From NCBI GenBank assembly GCA_022792135.1, contig JAAWAM010000022.1, forward strand, positions 68,121 to 132,120: DNA of 64,000 nt. Reading direction: 5' to 3'. The translations under genes were made by a program, and so were the position numbers. Source of the stretch: Clostridia bacterium. Lineage in GTDB: Bacteria > Bacillota > Clostridia > TANB77 > CAG-508. A model generated the notes under the pieces. The model ran no database searches. It saw only the letters and a list, made by a program, of their open reading frames with translations, and was not told the DNA's origin. Below are positions 32,088-42,022 of the stretch, piece by piece (the stretch's first letter is position 1; every line of letters starts with the position of its first letter).

Positions 32088-34352
32088 ATGAACAAAACGA
32101 TAAAAAGATATTATCCTAATATACAAACTGGACTAACACAAGAGCAAGTCCAAAAGAGGATGGAACAAAATTTAGTTAATTATGACACTTCTGTTCCCAC
32201 TAAAAGCATTAAACGTATTTTGTATGAGAACTTTTTTACTTTATTTAATTTCCTAAATCTATTTTTAGCCATTGCTATTTTCTTAGTTGGTTCTTATCAA
32301 AATATGTTATTTTTGCTACTTGTTATTCTTAATACTGCTATTAGTACCTTCCAAGAAATTCATTCTAAAAGGGTCGTTGATAAACTTTCTGTTTTAGCAC
32401 AATCTAAAGCAACTGTCATTCGTAATGGCAAAAAACAAGAAATTGGCATTCATCAGATTGTCCTAGATGATATTCTTGAATTTCATACTGGCAATCAAGT
32501 GGTAACAGATAGTATCGTGCAAAGTGGTGAAGTTCTTGTAAATGAATCTTATATCACAGGGGAACCCAATAGCATTACCAAAAGAAAAGGAGATATGATT
32601 TTGTCTGGTAGTTTTATATTGAGTGGTAAATGTTTGGCTAAAGTAGAACATATTGCTGAAAATAACTATACTTCTAAAATTTCTAGTGGTGCTAAATATA
32701 TCAAAAAAGTAAAATCAGAAATTATGACTTCTTTACAAAAAATCATTCAATTTGCTACTTTTGTTATCATTCCAATTGGTACTGCCTTATTTTTGAGTCA
32801 ATTCTATTTACAAGGTATTTCTCTTCCAGAATCTGTTGTACAAACAGTAGCAGCACTCATTGGTATGATACCAGAAGGCTTAGTTCTTCTTACTAGTACT
32901 GTTTTGGCAGTAAGTGTCATTCGTTTATCTAAAGCAAAAGTTTTAGTACAAGATTTATATTGTATTGAAACTTTAGCTAGAGTGGATACCTTGTGTTTGG
33001 ACAAGACTGGTACTTTAACAGAAGGAGACCTAGAAGTCGTTAAATCCATCCCTTTTGATGGAATGGATGAGGAATTTTTAAAGGTTGTATTAGCCAATCT
33101 TGGTAAATTTTCAGAAGACGAAAATTCTACCATACAAGCAATCCGAGCTTATTCTTCAAAAATAACAGAGGAATTGATTCCAGATGATAAAGTTGCCTTC
33201 TCTTCTGAATCTAAATGGTCTGGAATTCATTTTAAGGGCAAGGGAAGCTATATCATTGGTGCACCAGATTTTGTGTTAAGAGATGATTGGAACAGATATC
33301 AAGATTGCTTTCAAAAATATGCTAAAGATTATCGCGTTTTAGTGGTTGCTCATTCTTATCATAATTTTAGGAATAAGGACTTACCAGCTGGTATTAAGCC
33401 GATTGGTATTGTCTTATTGTTAGATAAAATCAGAAAAAATGCTCATAAGACATTACAATTTTTCACTAAACAAGGGGTGGATCTTAAAATTATCTCTGGT
33501 GATAACCCTATTACCGTATCTAAGATTGCCAAAAGAGTTGGGATTAAAAATTTTGATCAATATATTGATATGTCTACTATCCATGATGATGAAATTGATT
33601 CTTTGGTATTAGACTATTGTGTATTTGGTAGGGTTTCTCCCACACAGAAAAAAGCTTTGGTAAAAGCTTTACAAAAACATGACAAAGTAGTTGCTATGAC
33701 TGGTGATGGTGTAAATGATGTTTTAGCTTTAAAAGAAGCGGATTGTAGTATTGCTATGGCAAATGGTAGTGATGCTACAAAAAATATCTCACAATTAGTT
33801 CTTCTCAATTCCAATTTTGCCTCTATGCCCAAAGTTGTTGCAGAAGGCAGAAGAACCATTCATAACATTCAAAGGTCAGCCTCTTTGTTTTTAGTCAAAA
33901 CCATATACTCTTTCTTACTCGCTCTACTGGTATTGTTTTTGCAAGATGAATACCCATTTATACCAATTCAACTTAGTTTAATTAGTTTAGTAGCCATTGG
34001 TATCCCCTCTTTTTGCCTTGCTTTAGAACCAAATCAGGAACCAGTAAGAGAAAACTTTTTAAAAAATGTAATAACACATGCCCTACCAACTGGATTACTA
34101 ATTGTCATCTCTATCTTTATCATTATTGCATTAAATCGATTTGGTATCATCGCAGAACAAAAAGTTTCTAGTTTATGTGTCTTATTTACTGGAATCTGGA
34201 GTCTTGCCTTATTATTTAGCTTTGTAAAATGTCGCAAAAGCGAAGAAAGTAAACTTCCATTTTCTATTTATCGACTTGTTCTAGCTGTTGCTATGAGTGG
34301 ATTATTTGTTTTAGGTTTTACTTATTTTGCTCCTTTGTTTCATATTATTTGA
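32088..34352 (+). CDS. cation-translocating P-type ATPase
   Basis: 754 aa with DKTGTLT, TGDN-like SGDNPIT, MTGDGVNDVLALKEAD and multiple TM helices. Confidence 0.9.
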   Translation: MNKTIKRYYPNIQTGLTQEQVQKRMEQNLVNYDTSVPTKSIKRILYENFFTLFNFLNLFLAIAIFLVGSYQNMLFLLLVILNTAISTFQEIHSKRVVDKLSVLAQSKATVIRNGKKQEIGIHQIVLDDILEFHTGNQVVTDSIVQSGEVLVNESYITGEPNSITKRKGDMILSGSFILSGKCLAKVEHIAENNYTSKISSGAKYIKKVKSEIMTSLQKIIQFATFVIIPIGTALFLSQFYLQGISLPESVVQTVAALIGMIPEGLVLLTSTVLAVSVIRLSKAKVLVQDLYCIETLARVDTLCLDKTGTLTEGDLEVVKSIPFDGMDEEFLKVVLANLGKFSEDENSTIQAIRAYSSKITEELIPDDKVAFSSESKWSGIHFKGKGSYIIGAPDFVLRDDWNRYQDCFQKYAKDYRVLVVAHSYHNFRNKDLPAGIKPIGIVLLLDKIRKNAHKTLQFFTKQGVDLKIISGDNPITVSKIAKRVGIKNFDQYIDMSTIHDDEIDSLVLDYCVFGRVSPTQKKALVKALQKHDKVVAMTGDGVNDVLALKEADCSIAMANGSDATKNISQLVLLNSNFASMPKVVAEGRRTIHNIQRSASLFLVKTIYSFLLALLVLFLQDEYPFIPIQLSLISLVAIGIPSFCLALEPNQEPVRENFLKNVITHALPTGLLIVISIFIIIALNRFGIIAEQKVSSLCVLFTGIWSLALLFSFVKCRKSEESKLPFSIYRLVLAVAMSGLFVLGFTYFAPLFHII

Positions 34353-34419
34353 TAAAGCATTGCTTTTTTACACTTTTATTTGTATAATTAAATCAAATTT
34401 TATTAGAAAGGAGAACACG

Positions 34420-35085
34420 ATGGAAAACGAAGTTAATGTACAAAATAAAATATTTGGTAAAACCTTTTTCTGGATGTTTTTAGGACTTCTTGGTTCAGCT
34501 ATTATTGCATGGTACACCTATTCTTCAGGATTATTTGTCGATATTATTCTAGGTGGATACTTTAATACTTTATTAATTTTAGAATTAGTAGCTGTATTAG
34601 TATTTAGTTTCTTATTTAGAAAACTTCCGCCAGTAGCAGTTGGAATTTTATACTTTGTTTATGCTATGCTAAATGGTGTAACCTTGTCTACCATATTTGT
34701 TGTATTTGAACTATCCTCTATTATCTACTTATTTATTATATCTGCATTTGTGTTTGTTGCTTTGGGCTTCCTTGGATATCGAACCAATCAAGATTTAAGT
34801 TCTTGGCGACCATACATTACTGTATTTCTAATTGCTGGAATTCTTTTAAGTGTCATTAATGTATTTATCTTAAAAAGTCCTGGATTTGATTTGGTAATCG
34901 ATTGGTTAATTCTAGCATTATTTTGTGGTGTTACTATTTATGACATTAATAAAATTAAGTTGTTACAAGAAGAGCCAAATATTGACCAAGAAAAAATACA
35001 CATATATTGTGCCATGAATTTATATTTAGATTTTATTAATATTTTCCTAAGAATACTTTCTATTTTTGGAAAAAGAAGAAATTAG
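34420..35085 (+). CDS. BAX inhibitor-1/YccA family membrane protein
   Basis: 7-TM pattern typical of the family. Start moved to the ATG at 34420, which has an AAAGGAGA RBS (MENEVNVQNKIFGKTFFWM). Confidence 0.75.
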   Translation: MENEVNVQNKIFGKTFFWMFLGLLGSAIIAWYTYSSGLFVDIILGGYFNTLLILELVAVLVFSFLFRKLPPVAVGILYFVYAMLNGVTLSTIFVVFELSSIIYLFIISAFVFVALGFLGYRTNQDLSSWRPYITVFLIAGILLSVINVFILKSPGFDLVIDWLILALFCGVTIYDINKIKLLQEEPNIDQEKIHIYCAMNLYLDFINIFLRILSIFGKRRN

Positions 35086-35095
35086 ATTCGATCGG

Positions 35096-35131
35096 CAAAA
35101 AAAGAACAGACTAAAATCTGTTCTTTTTTTA
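35096..35131. terminator. bidirectional terminator
   Basis: AAAAAAAGAACAGA ... TCTGTTCTTTTTTT, an 8-bp core stem with A/T run flanks, between convergent genes. Confidence 0.75.
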
Positions 35132-36961
35132 TTCTATTTCATCATTACAAACTTCGAATTGAGAATTATATAAATCAGCATAGAAGCCGTTTTGAGCTAA
35201 TAATTCTTCATGTGTTCCTTGTTCTACGATATCTCCATGATTCATAACTAAAATTAAATCTGCATTCTTAATGGTTGATAATCGATGTGCAATGATAAAA
35301 CTTGTTCTTCCTTCCATCAAGTTATCCATTGCTTTTTGAATTTCTATTTCTGTTCTGGTATCAATTGAACTGGTTGCTTCATCTAAAATTAAAATTTTAG
35401 GATCTGCTAAGATGACTCTTGCAATGGTTAACAATTGTTTTTGTCCAGCTGATACATTACTAGATTCTTCATTTAAAACAGAATGATATCCATTTGGCAA
35501 AGTTTTAATAAAGTGATGAACATGAGCTGCTTTAGCTGCCCTGATAACTTCATCATCTGTTGCCTCTTCTTTTCCATATTTGATATTGTCTTTTACAGTA
35601 CCTCCAAATAGCCAAGTATCTTGTAGTACCATTCCAAACATTTTGCGAAGCTCACCACGTTCAAAATCTTTTACATTATGACCATCAATGGTAATTTCCC
35701 CTGAATTGACATCATAAAATCTCATCAGTAGTTTTACCATAGTTGTTTTTCCAGCTCCTGTTGGTCCTACAATAGCAATTTTTTGCCCTTCTTTTACTTT
35801 ACTATTAAAGTCATTGATAATGATTTTATCTTCGTCATATCCAAAATGAACATTTTTAAATTCTACATTTCCTTTTAATTTTGAAGAATCTATATTTCCT
35901 TTTGCCGTTTCTAATTCTTCTGGTTCTTCTAAAAATTCAAATACTCTTTCTGCTGCTGCTACCATGGCTTGTAGCATTCCTGAAACTTGTGCAATCGAGC
36001 TAATTTGATTGGTAAATTGTTTATTATATTGAATGAAACTTTGTATATTCCCTACTGTAATCGTTCCTTGTACTGCTAAATAGCCTCCTACTACTGCTAC
36101 TCCTACATATCCAATATTGGACATAAAATTCATAAAGGGATACATCAATCCTGATAAAAATTGTGATTTCCATCCAGAATGATATAATTCTTTGTTCGCT
36201 TTTTTAAATTCTTTTGTTACTTTTTCTTCTCCATTAAATACTTTTACAACATTTAATCCTCCATAAATTTCTTCTACCTGCCCATTCACATTAGCCAAAT
36301 ATGCTTGCTGCTTTTGGAAATATTTTTGTGATTTTCCTACAATATTTTTTACGATAAATCCTGCAATTGGAAGTATGATAATAGAAATCAGTGTCATTTC
36401 CCAACTAATGGATAACATCATAACGATAATTCCTACAATTAAACAAACCGAACGAATAATTTCTGTGATACTTTGATTTAAGTTCGTACTTAACGTATCA
36501 ATATCGTTTGTAATAATGGATAATACTTCTCCATGTGTCCTTTTATCAAAGTACTTCATTGGTAACTTATTTATTTTTTTAGCAATATCATTTCTAATTG
36601 TATAAGTTAATTTTTGAGCTACATTTGTCATAGTAAATCCTTGTATAAAGGAAAATACAGTACTTATCAAATATAATACAACTAATGTTATTAGAATTTG
36701 TCCAATTTTGCCAAAATCAATTCCTGCGCCACCTGATAATTTTCCCATTAAACCATTAAAGATTTCTGTAGTAGCATTTCCTAGTATCTTTGGTCCTACA
36801 ATGGTAAATATAGCACTTCCTATTGCAAATAGGAAGACTATGAATAAAGAAAATTTATACTTTGCTAAATATTGTTTGATTAATTTTTTAGTGGTTCCTT
36901 TAAAGTTCTTTGCTTTTTGTACAGGCACCTTTCCACCTGGTTTTCCCATTGGTCCTGGCAT
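35129..36961 (-). CDS. ABC exporter fused permease/ATPase subunit
   Basis: 610 aa with a 6-TM domain, Walker A (GPTGAGKTT), the signature (VSAGQKQ) and Walker B (ILILDEATS). Confidence 0.9.
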   Translation of the reverse strand: MPGPMGKPGGKVPVQKAKNFKGTTKKLIKQYLAKYKFSLFIVFLFAIGSAIFTIVGPKILGNATTEIFNGLMGKLSGGAGIDFGKIGQILITLVVLYLISTVFSFIQGFTMTNVAQKLTYTIRNDIAKKINKLPMKYFDKRTHGEVLSIITNDIDTLSTNLNQSITEIIRSVCLIVGIIVMMLSISWEMTLISIIILPIAGFIVKNIVGKSQKYFQKQQAYLANVNGQVEEIYGGLNVVKVFNGEEKVTKEFKKANKELYHSGWKSQFLSGLMYPFMNFMSNIGYVGVAVVGGYLAVQGTITVGNIQSFIQYNKQFTNQISSIAQVSGMLQAMVAAAERVFEFLEEPEELETAKGNIDSSKLKGNVEFKNVHFGYDEDKIIINDFNSKVKEGQKIAIVGPTGAGKTTMVKLLMRFYDVNSGEITIDGHNVKDFERGELRKMFGMVLQDTWLFGGTVKDNIKYGKEEATDDEVIRAAKAAHVHHFIKTLPNGYHSVLNEESSNVSAGQKQLLTIARVILADPKILILDEATSSIDTRTEIEIQKAMDNLMEGRTSFIIAHRLSTIKNADLILVMNHGDIVEQGTHEELLAQNGFYADLYNSQFEVCNDEIE

Positions 36962-36964
36962 AGA

Positions 36965-39268
36965 TTACGCCTCCTTTCCTTCTTGATTCTTTTGTTTTTC
37001 TTGTTTTGCTTCTGATGATAATTCTTCTTCTGACAATTGTGACAAGGCTATTTGTCGATAGGTTTCATTGTTTTTCATTAATTCTTCATGTGTACCAATT
37101 CCTACTACTTTTCCTTCTTCTAAAACAACGATTTGGTCAGCATTTAGAATGGTACTAATTCTTTGTGCTACAATGATAACCGTTTTGTTTTCTGTTTTTT
37201 GAGATAAAGCTTCTCTTAAAGCACTGTCTGTTTTAAAGTCCAAAGCGGAGAAACTGTCATCAAATACAAAGATTTCTGGGTCTTTTGCAATGGCTCTACT
37301 AATTGCTAAACGTTGTTTTTGTCCTCCTGATACATTACTTCCTCCTTGTGCAATTTCATCTTGATATTTTTTCTCTTTTCCTTCAATAAATTCTGTTGCT
37401 TGTGCAATTTTAGCTGCTTCTATCATCCTTTCATCTGTCATATTTTCGTCTGCATATTTTATATTAGATTCTATGGTTCCAGAAAATAAAATTCCTTTTT
37501 GTGGTACAAATCCAATAATATCTCTTAACTCTTTTTGTGCTACTTCTTTTACATTCACACCATCGATTAAAAGTTCTCCTCCTGTTACATCATAAAATCT
37601 TGGTAATAAATTTACTACTGTTGATTTTCCACTTCCTGTACTTCCTATGATAGCAGTCGTTTCTCCTGGTTTTGCTGTAAAATTAATATCTTCTAATATT
37701 TCTGTATCTGCATCTGGATAACGGAAAGATACGTTTTTAAATTCTACTAATCCTTTTTTCTCTGCATTTAATTTTTTGGTTACTTCTTTATCTTCTATGC
37801 TTGGTTTTGTTTCTAATACTTCGTTAATTCTGTTTGCGGAAACAGATGCTCTTGGAAGCATGATTGATATCATAGATATCATTAAAAAGGCCATTACGAT
37901 TTGCATCATATATTGAATAAATGCCATCATATCTCCAACTTGCAATAATCCTTCTTCTACGCCATGTCCTCCAACCCAAATAACTAAGAGCATCATAGCA
38001 TTCATAACAAACATTAATAATGGCATCATCGTTGACATGGCATTATTGACAAATATGTTTGCTTTCATTAAGTCTTTGTTTGCTTCGTTAAATCTTCCTT
38101 CTTCTTTCTTTTCTTTATGGAAAGCACGAATCACTGGCAATCCTGTTAAGATTTCTCTGGATACTAAATTTAATTTGTCTGTTAATTCTTGTAATTTCTT
38201 AAATTTAGGCATTGCTATGATAAATAAGGTTCCTACAATGAATAAGATAGCAAGGATCGCAACTCCAATAATCCACGCCATTGAGTTATCACTATTGGTT
38301 AGTACTTTGATAAAGCCTCCTATTCCAATAATTGGTGCATATACCACTACTCGAAATAACATCGTAATTAACTGTTGGATTTGCTGAATATCGTTTGTTG
38401 TACGTGTAATTAAGGATGCGGTAGAAAACTCTCTTAATTCTTTATGCCCAAATTGTAGCACTTTTGCAAATACTTTTTCTCTTAATGTTTTCCCTAAATA
38501 GGCTGCAACTCTGGATGAGAAAAACATAATCGATACCGCTGAAATCATTGTAATGAGAGCAACTCCTAACATTTGTATCCCAGATAATAAGATATAGTCA
38601 TTTTGAAGTTTGTTTGTGTCAACTCCTAATTCTTTGTATATTTCTTTTACAGAAGATATGGCTGCTTGTTCTCTAATAGAGTCCGCCATATTGTTTATCT
38701 TTTCTGAAAATTGTTGTAAGGCTTGTTTTCTTTGTTCTTCTGGCATATTTTTAATGATTTCTAGTAAACTCTTGTTTTGTATATATGTTTTTTGTGTTTC
38801 TGGTATATTTGCTATCATTTTCTCTTTTATTTGGTTTGCTGTTTCTTCGTTTTTTATGGTTGCTATTTCCATAAGTGGTACTGATAAGATACTTGCTAAT
38901 TCTTGTTTTTTATCGTTTTCAATTTGATTTAATACATATATAGTGTTGGGTTCTATTTTCTTTTCATCTTTTCCTAAATATTTCTTGATAATCTTTTTTT
39001 CTTTCTCATTTAAATTGTCTCCTAATAAAGAGTAATTGCTTACGATTTCCTCCTTTTTATCGGAAAACATTAGCAGTAATTCCATATTGTCTTTGTCTAT
39101 TACTTCTGGTACTGCTGTTTCAATTCCTCCTGCTTGTATCCCAATATTTACTATTTTAGATGTGTAGTCTGGCAAAGCTAAATCAGCTTGTGCTTGGACA
39201 CATAATAGTACTACAATTACGATAACTGACCAAAATGATTTCTTCAAATTTTTTAATAATTTTAACAT
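36965..39268 (-). CDS. ABC exporter fused permease/ATPase subunit with a long loop after TM1
   Basis: Walker A (GSTGSGKST), signature (VSGGQKQ) and Walker B (IFVFDDSFS). Start moved to the ATG at 39266-39268 (MLKLLKNL), which has an AAGGAGGATACC RBS. Confidence 0.85.
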   Translation of the reverse strand: MLKLLKNLKKSFWSVIVIVVLLCVQAQADLALPDYTSKIVNIGIQAGGIETAVPEVIDKDNMELLLMFSDKKEEIVSNYSLLGDNLNEKEKKIIKKYLGKDEKKIEPNTIYVLNQIENDKKQELASILSVPLMEIATIKNEETANQIKEKMIANIPETQKTYIQNKSLLEIIKNMPEEQRKQALQQFSEKINNMADSIREQAAISSVKEIYKELGVDTNKLQNDYILLSGIQMLGVALITMISAVSIMFFSSRVAAYLGKTLREKVFAKVLQFGHKELREFSTASLITRTTNDIQQIQQLITMLFRVVVYAPIIGIGGFIKVLTNSDNSMAWIIGVAILAILFIVGTLFIIAMPKFKKLQELTDKLNLVSREILTGLPVIRAFHKEKKEEGRFNEANKDLMKANIFVNNAMSTMMPLLMFVMNAMMLLVIWVGGHGVEEGLLQVGDMMAFIQYMMQIVMAFLMISMISIMLPRASVSANRINEVLETKPSIEDKEVTKKLNAEKKGLVEFKNVSFRYPDADTEILEDINFTAKPGETTAIIGSTGSGKSTVVNLLPRFYDVTGGELLIDGVNVKEVAQKELRDIIGFVPQKGILFSGTIESNIKYADENMTDERMIEAAKIAQATEFIEGKEKKYQDEIAQGGSNVSGGQKQRLAISRAIAKDPEIFVFDDSFSALDFKTDSALREALSQKTENKTVIIVAQRISTILNADQIVVLEEGKVVGIGTHEELMKNNETYRQIALSQLSEEELSSEAKQEKQKNQEGKEA

Positions 39269-39305
39269 GGTATCCTCCTTTTTCGTAAATAAATAACACC
39301 CCATC

Positions 39306-39334
39306 ATTATATGTGACACGGTGTCATTTGTCAA
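39306..39334 (-). promoter_or_regulatory. consensus sigma-A promoter with an embedded 13-bp palindromic operator, upstream of the ABC exporter pair
   Basis: On the minus strand: TTGACA (39329-39334), 17-nt spacer, TATAAT (39306-39311). The spacer contains the perfect palindrome TGACAC-G-GTGTCA (39314-39326). Confidence 0.7.
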
Positions 39335-39360
39335 TCTTTTTTATGTGAAATTTGTGTGAA

Positions 39361-40011
39361 TTACATTTTTCTAAATACTCCTGCTACTTTTCCTAGTATT
39401 TCACAGTCTGGAACAATAATTGGATCCATGGTGCTATTTTCTGGTTGAAGTCTAATATGGTCTTTTTCTTTGTAAAATGTTTTTACAGTTGCTTCTTCTC
39501 CTATTAAAGCAACTACAATTTCTCCATTGTTTGCCATGTTTTGTCTTTTTACTAATATGTAATCACCATCTAATATTCCTGCTTCTATCATACTTTCTCC
39601 TCTTACGGTAAGCATAAAGCTTTCTGAGTTTCCTACAAAATCAACTGGAATTGGGAAAGTATCGGTTACATTTTCCACGGCTAAAATTGGTTCCCCTGCT
39701 GTGATTCTTCCAATGATTGGTACTTCTACTAGCTCTTTTTGTGTATAAAAGTCTTTACTAGAGGTTTTCTTTGGTTCTCCTGAGCCACCTTTTAATAGTC
39801 TTAATGTTCTTCCTTTTTTGTCTTGTTTTTTGATATATCCTTTTTCATCTAATTTTGCTAGGTATCCATGCACTGTGGCTGTTGAACTTAACCCTACTGC
39901 CTTTCCTATTTCTCTTACAGATGGTGGGTAGCCTTGTGTCATAATTTGTTTTTCAATGAATTTTAATATGGCTTTTTCTCTTTTATTTAATTCTGGTTTT
40001 TTTCTTGGCAT
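39361..40011 (-). CDS. lexA: LexA repressor
   Basis: 216 aa with an N-terminal winged HTH ([10 protein letters not shown]), the cleavage region and the S24 peptidase motifs (GESM ... VKR). Confidence 0.9.
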   Translation of the reverse strand: MPRKKPELNKREKAILKFIEKQIMTQGYPPSVREIGKAVGLSSTATVHGYLAKLDEKGYIKKQDKKGRTLRLLKGGSGEPKKTSSKDFYTQKELVEVPIIGRITAGEPILAVENVTDTFPIPVDFVGNSESFMLTVRGESMIEAGILDGDYILVKRQNMANNGEIVVALIGEEATVKTFYKEKDHIRLQPENSTMDPIIVPDCEILGKVAGVFRKM

Positions 40012-40042
40012 TTTTAATCACTCCCATTTTTTATTTGCTAAC

Positions 40043-40071
40043 ATCATATCATACAAACAAAAAAATGTCAA
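40043..40071 (-). promoter_or_regulatory. putative lexA promoter
   Basis: On the minus strand: TTGACA (40066-40071), 17-nt spacer, TATGAT (40043-40048). I found no convincing GAAC-N4-GTTC box. Confidence 0.45.
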
Positions 40072-40088
40072 ACATATTTTTGATTTTT

Positions 40089-41387
40089 CTATTTTATTGA
40101 AAATCCATCTGTTGCATTTCCCATGATTAACTCAGAATTTAAAGAAACAACAGGGAATAAAGCACGTCTATTTTCTAACACATTACCATCAGATAGATAT
40201 AGAATATCCCCTAATATACTACCTTTTCCTGTATTAGCACAATAGATTGCAAAGAAACCACCACTTGTATTTCCTTGAACTCCGCGGGAAGCTATCCAAT
40301 AAGTTGTGTTTGTTTCTTTTGGCATAATTAAATCATAATAGCTGATTCCATTTTCTGCCTTTCTAAATGCTGTATTTGACATCGTTTTAGACCACGATGT
40401 TAAATATGGTTGAATACTTGTCGCTGTTGTTATTTGTCCATTTACTGCTCCTTCATCACTTCTTTTTATTAAACTGGTTTGCTCACTCTTACTCAATCCA
40501 CTATTATTTTTATTCTGATTGATTACACTTAATATTTCTTTTGCATATATGCTTGGATATTTGCTACTATTTGTTGTATAGGCTTCTGGCTCTTGCTCAC
40601 CATATCCAACACTAGCACCTACATAACTATGTGCTTCTTGTAAAGCTTGTTCTGTCATTTTCTTTTCTATGTCTTCTATGTTTATATTTCTTGCCTTGAT
40701 TCCTTTTGCTGTATCACCATATAAGCTTTCACACGCCTTATTTAGCAAATATACCCCATTATTATATCCTTGTGCTTGCCCTAAATATACCTTTCCTTCT
40801 ATTGGTTTGATTGGTACTAATGTTACCTTTTTGTTTATTTTATCAATTTCAAATACTCTCCATTGATTTATTTTATAATTATCTGTACTACTATCCAACA
40901 CGACATCATCTGCCAATGTTGATGAACAATATTCTGCTTCCCATTCATAGGTTCCACTTGGTGTATAGGTTACGATTGAACCAACTTCTAAACCTGCAGG
41001 AACTATACTACCTCCTAGGATTCCATCATAGATGTCAGATACTTTTATGATATATTTTCCATATTCGTCTTTTCCTGTTAATTCTGAGTCTTTTGTATAA
41101 TCTTCTGGTACATTGTCAAAATATTTATCTAGTACAGTTTTTAATTGTTCTCTTGAAAGATCTCCATAATTTTTTGCTTGTATTGTCAATATATCTGTTT
41201 GTGCTCTCTCAATTAATTCTGCTTTTTCTGTACTTTCTTTTGCATTTTGTGCTTGTTCTAGTAATCCATTTTCTCCTGTTAAAGTTGTGATACTAACTCC
41301 TGCCAAAATCAAAAGTACAATAATAGTAATAATTAGTGCAATTAAAGTAATACCTTTGTTCTTTTCTCTTTTGCTTGTTTTTTTCAT
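40089..41387 (-). CDS. large pilin/pseudopilin-like protein (prepilin-type N-terminal hydrophobic segment)
   Basis: 432 aa. The N-terminus KGITLIALIITIIVLLILAGV resembles a class III (prepilin) signal, but the usual Glu at +5 is replaced by Ala. Confidence 0.5.
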   Translation of the reverse strand: MKKTSKREKNKGITLIALIITIIVLLILAGVSITTLTGENGLLEQAQNAKESTEKAELIERAQTDILTIQAKNYGDLSREQLKTVLDKYFDNVPEDYTKDSELTGKDEYGKYIIKVSDIYDGILGGSIVPAGLEVGSIVTYTPSGTYEWEAEYCSSTLADDVVLDSSTDNYKINQWRVFEIDKINKKVTLVPIKPIEGKVYLGQAQGYNNGVYLLNKACESLYGDTAKGIKARNINIEDIEKKMTEQALQEAHSYVGASVGYGEQEPEAYTTNSSKYPSIYAKEILSVINQNKNNSGLSKSEQTSLIKRSDEGAVNGQITTATSIQPYLTSWSKTMSNTAFRKAENGISYYDLIMPKETNTTYWIASRGVQGNTSGGFFAIYCANTGKGSILGDILYLSDGNVLENRRALFPVVSLNSELIMGNATDGFSIK

Positions 41388-41694
41388 TTAAATCTCTCCT
41401 TTTTCTTGTTATCTTTTCGAATATTTATATATTATCATATCAAAAAAGTTTTTACAATATTTATTATTTAAGTTTAGTAAAAATACACTTTTTTAAAATT
41501 ATGTAAATTCCATTGCTTTCTTTTTCCTTTTCTGTTAAAATTATGTTAATAGCTAAAAAGCTATTTTATTTTTTATTTCTAGTACTAAATCAAGTACGCA
41601 CAAAAGAGTGTTGGAAAAGTTTAGTAATATATAGAAATAAAAATACAAAAGAAAAAAGTTTCCTTAAATTAAAAAGGAAACAGGAGGTAAATTT

Positions 41695-41991
41695 ATGACA
41701 CAATTCATTTTAACAATTGAAACTATATTTCTAATAATTATTATGTTTCAATTGTTAAAAATAGCTTGCTATATGCATAATTGCAATTTTTCTAAAGATG
41801 CTATTATGCATATATTAATCAATTTTGAAACAGTATCATTAAAAATTATACTGATTTCTATCTTTCTAGGTTATTTAGAAATTAGTATACAGAAAAATGT
41901 TCAATTTTCAACATTTTTCTTAGGATTTGTTGCTTTGATTGGTTTTTTTGTAACTAAAAAACTTATCAAAAAGGTAGAAGATAGCGATTAA
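41695..41991 (+). CDS. hypothetical small membrane protein
   Basis: 98 aa with a strong RBS (ACAGGAGGTAAATTT-ATG) and three hydrophobic helices. Confidence 0.55.
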   Translation: MTQFILTIETIFLIIIMFQLLKIACYMHNCNFSKDAIMHILINFETVSLKIILISIFLGYLEISIQKNVQFSTFFLGFVALIGFFVTKKLIKKVEDSD

Positions 41992-42022
41992 TATCTCTAT
42001 CTTCTACCTTTTTTTACACACT

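Noticed and set aside
36965-39334. N-terminal extensions suggested by the track for several genes: 36965..39334, 44707..45252, 51599..52138, 34327..35085, 19696..20655, 42023..42919 and 4764..6641.
   Set aside because: In each case an internal ATG with a canonical GGAGG-type RBS matches the start of the homologous family. The extensions lack an RBS and overlap promoter or terminator sequence.
40049-40088. A LexA (Cheo-type GAAC-N4-GTTC) box upstream of lexA.
   Set aside because: Only a weak near-palindrome (TCAAACATATTTTTGA, 40069-40084) with one recognisable half-site was found. This is not enough to call an operator.
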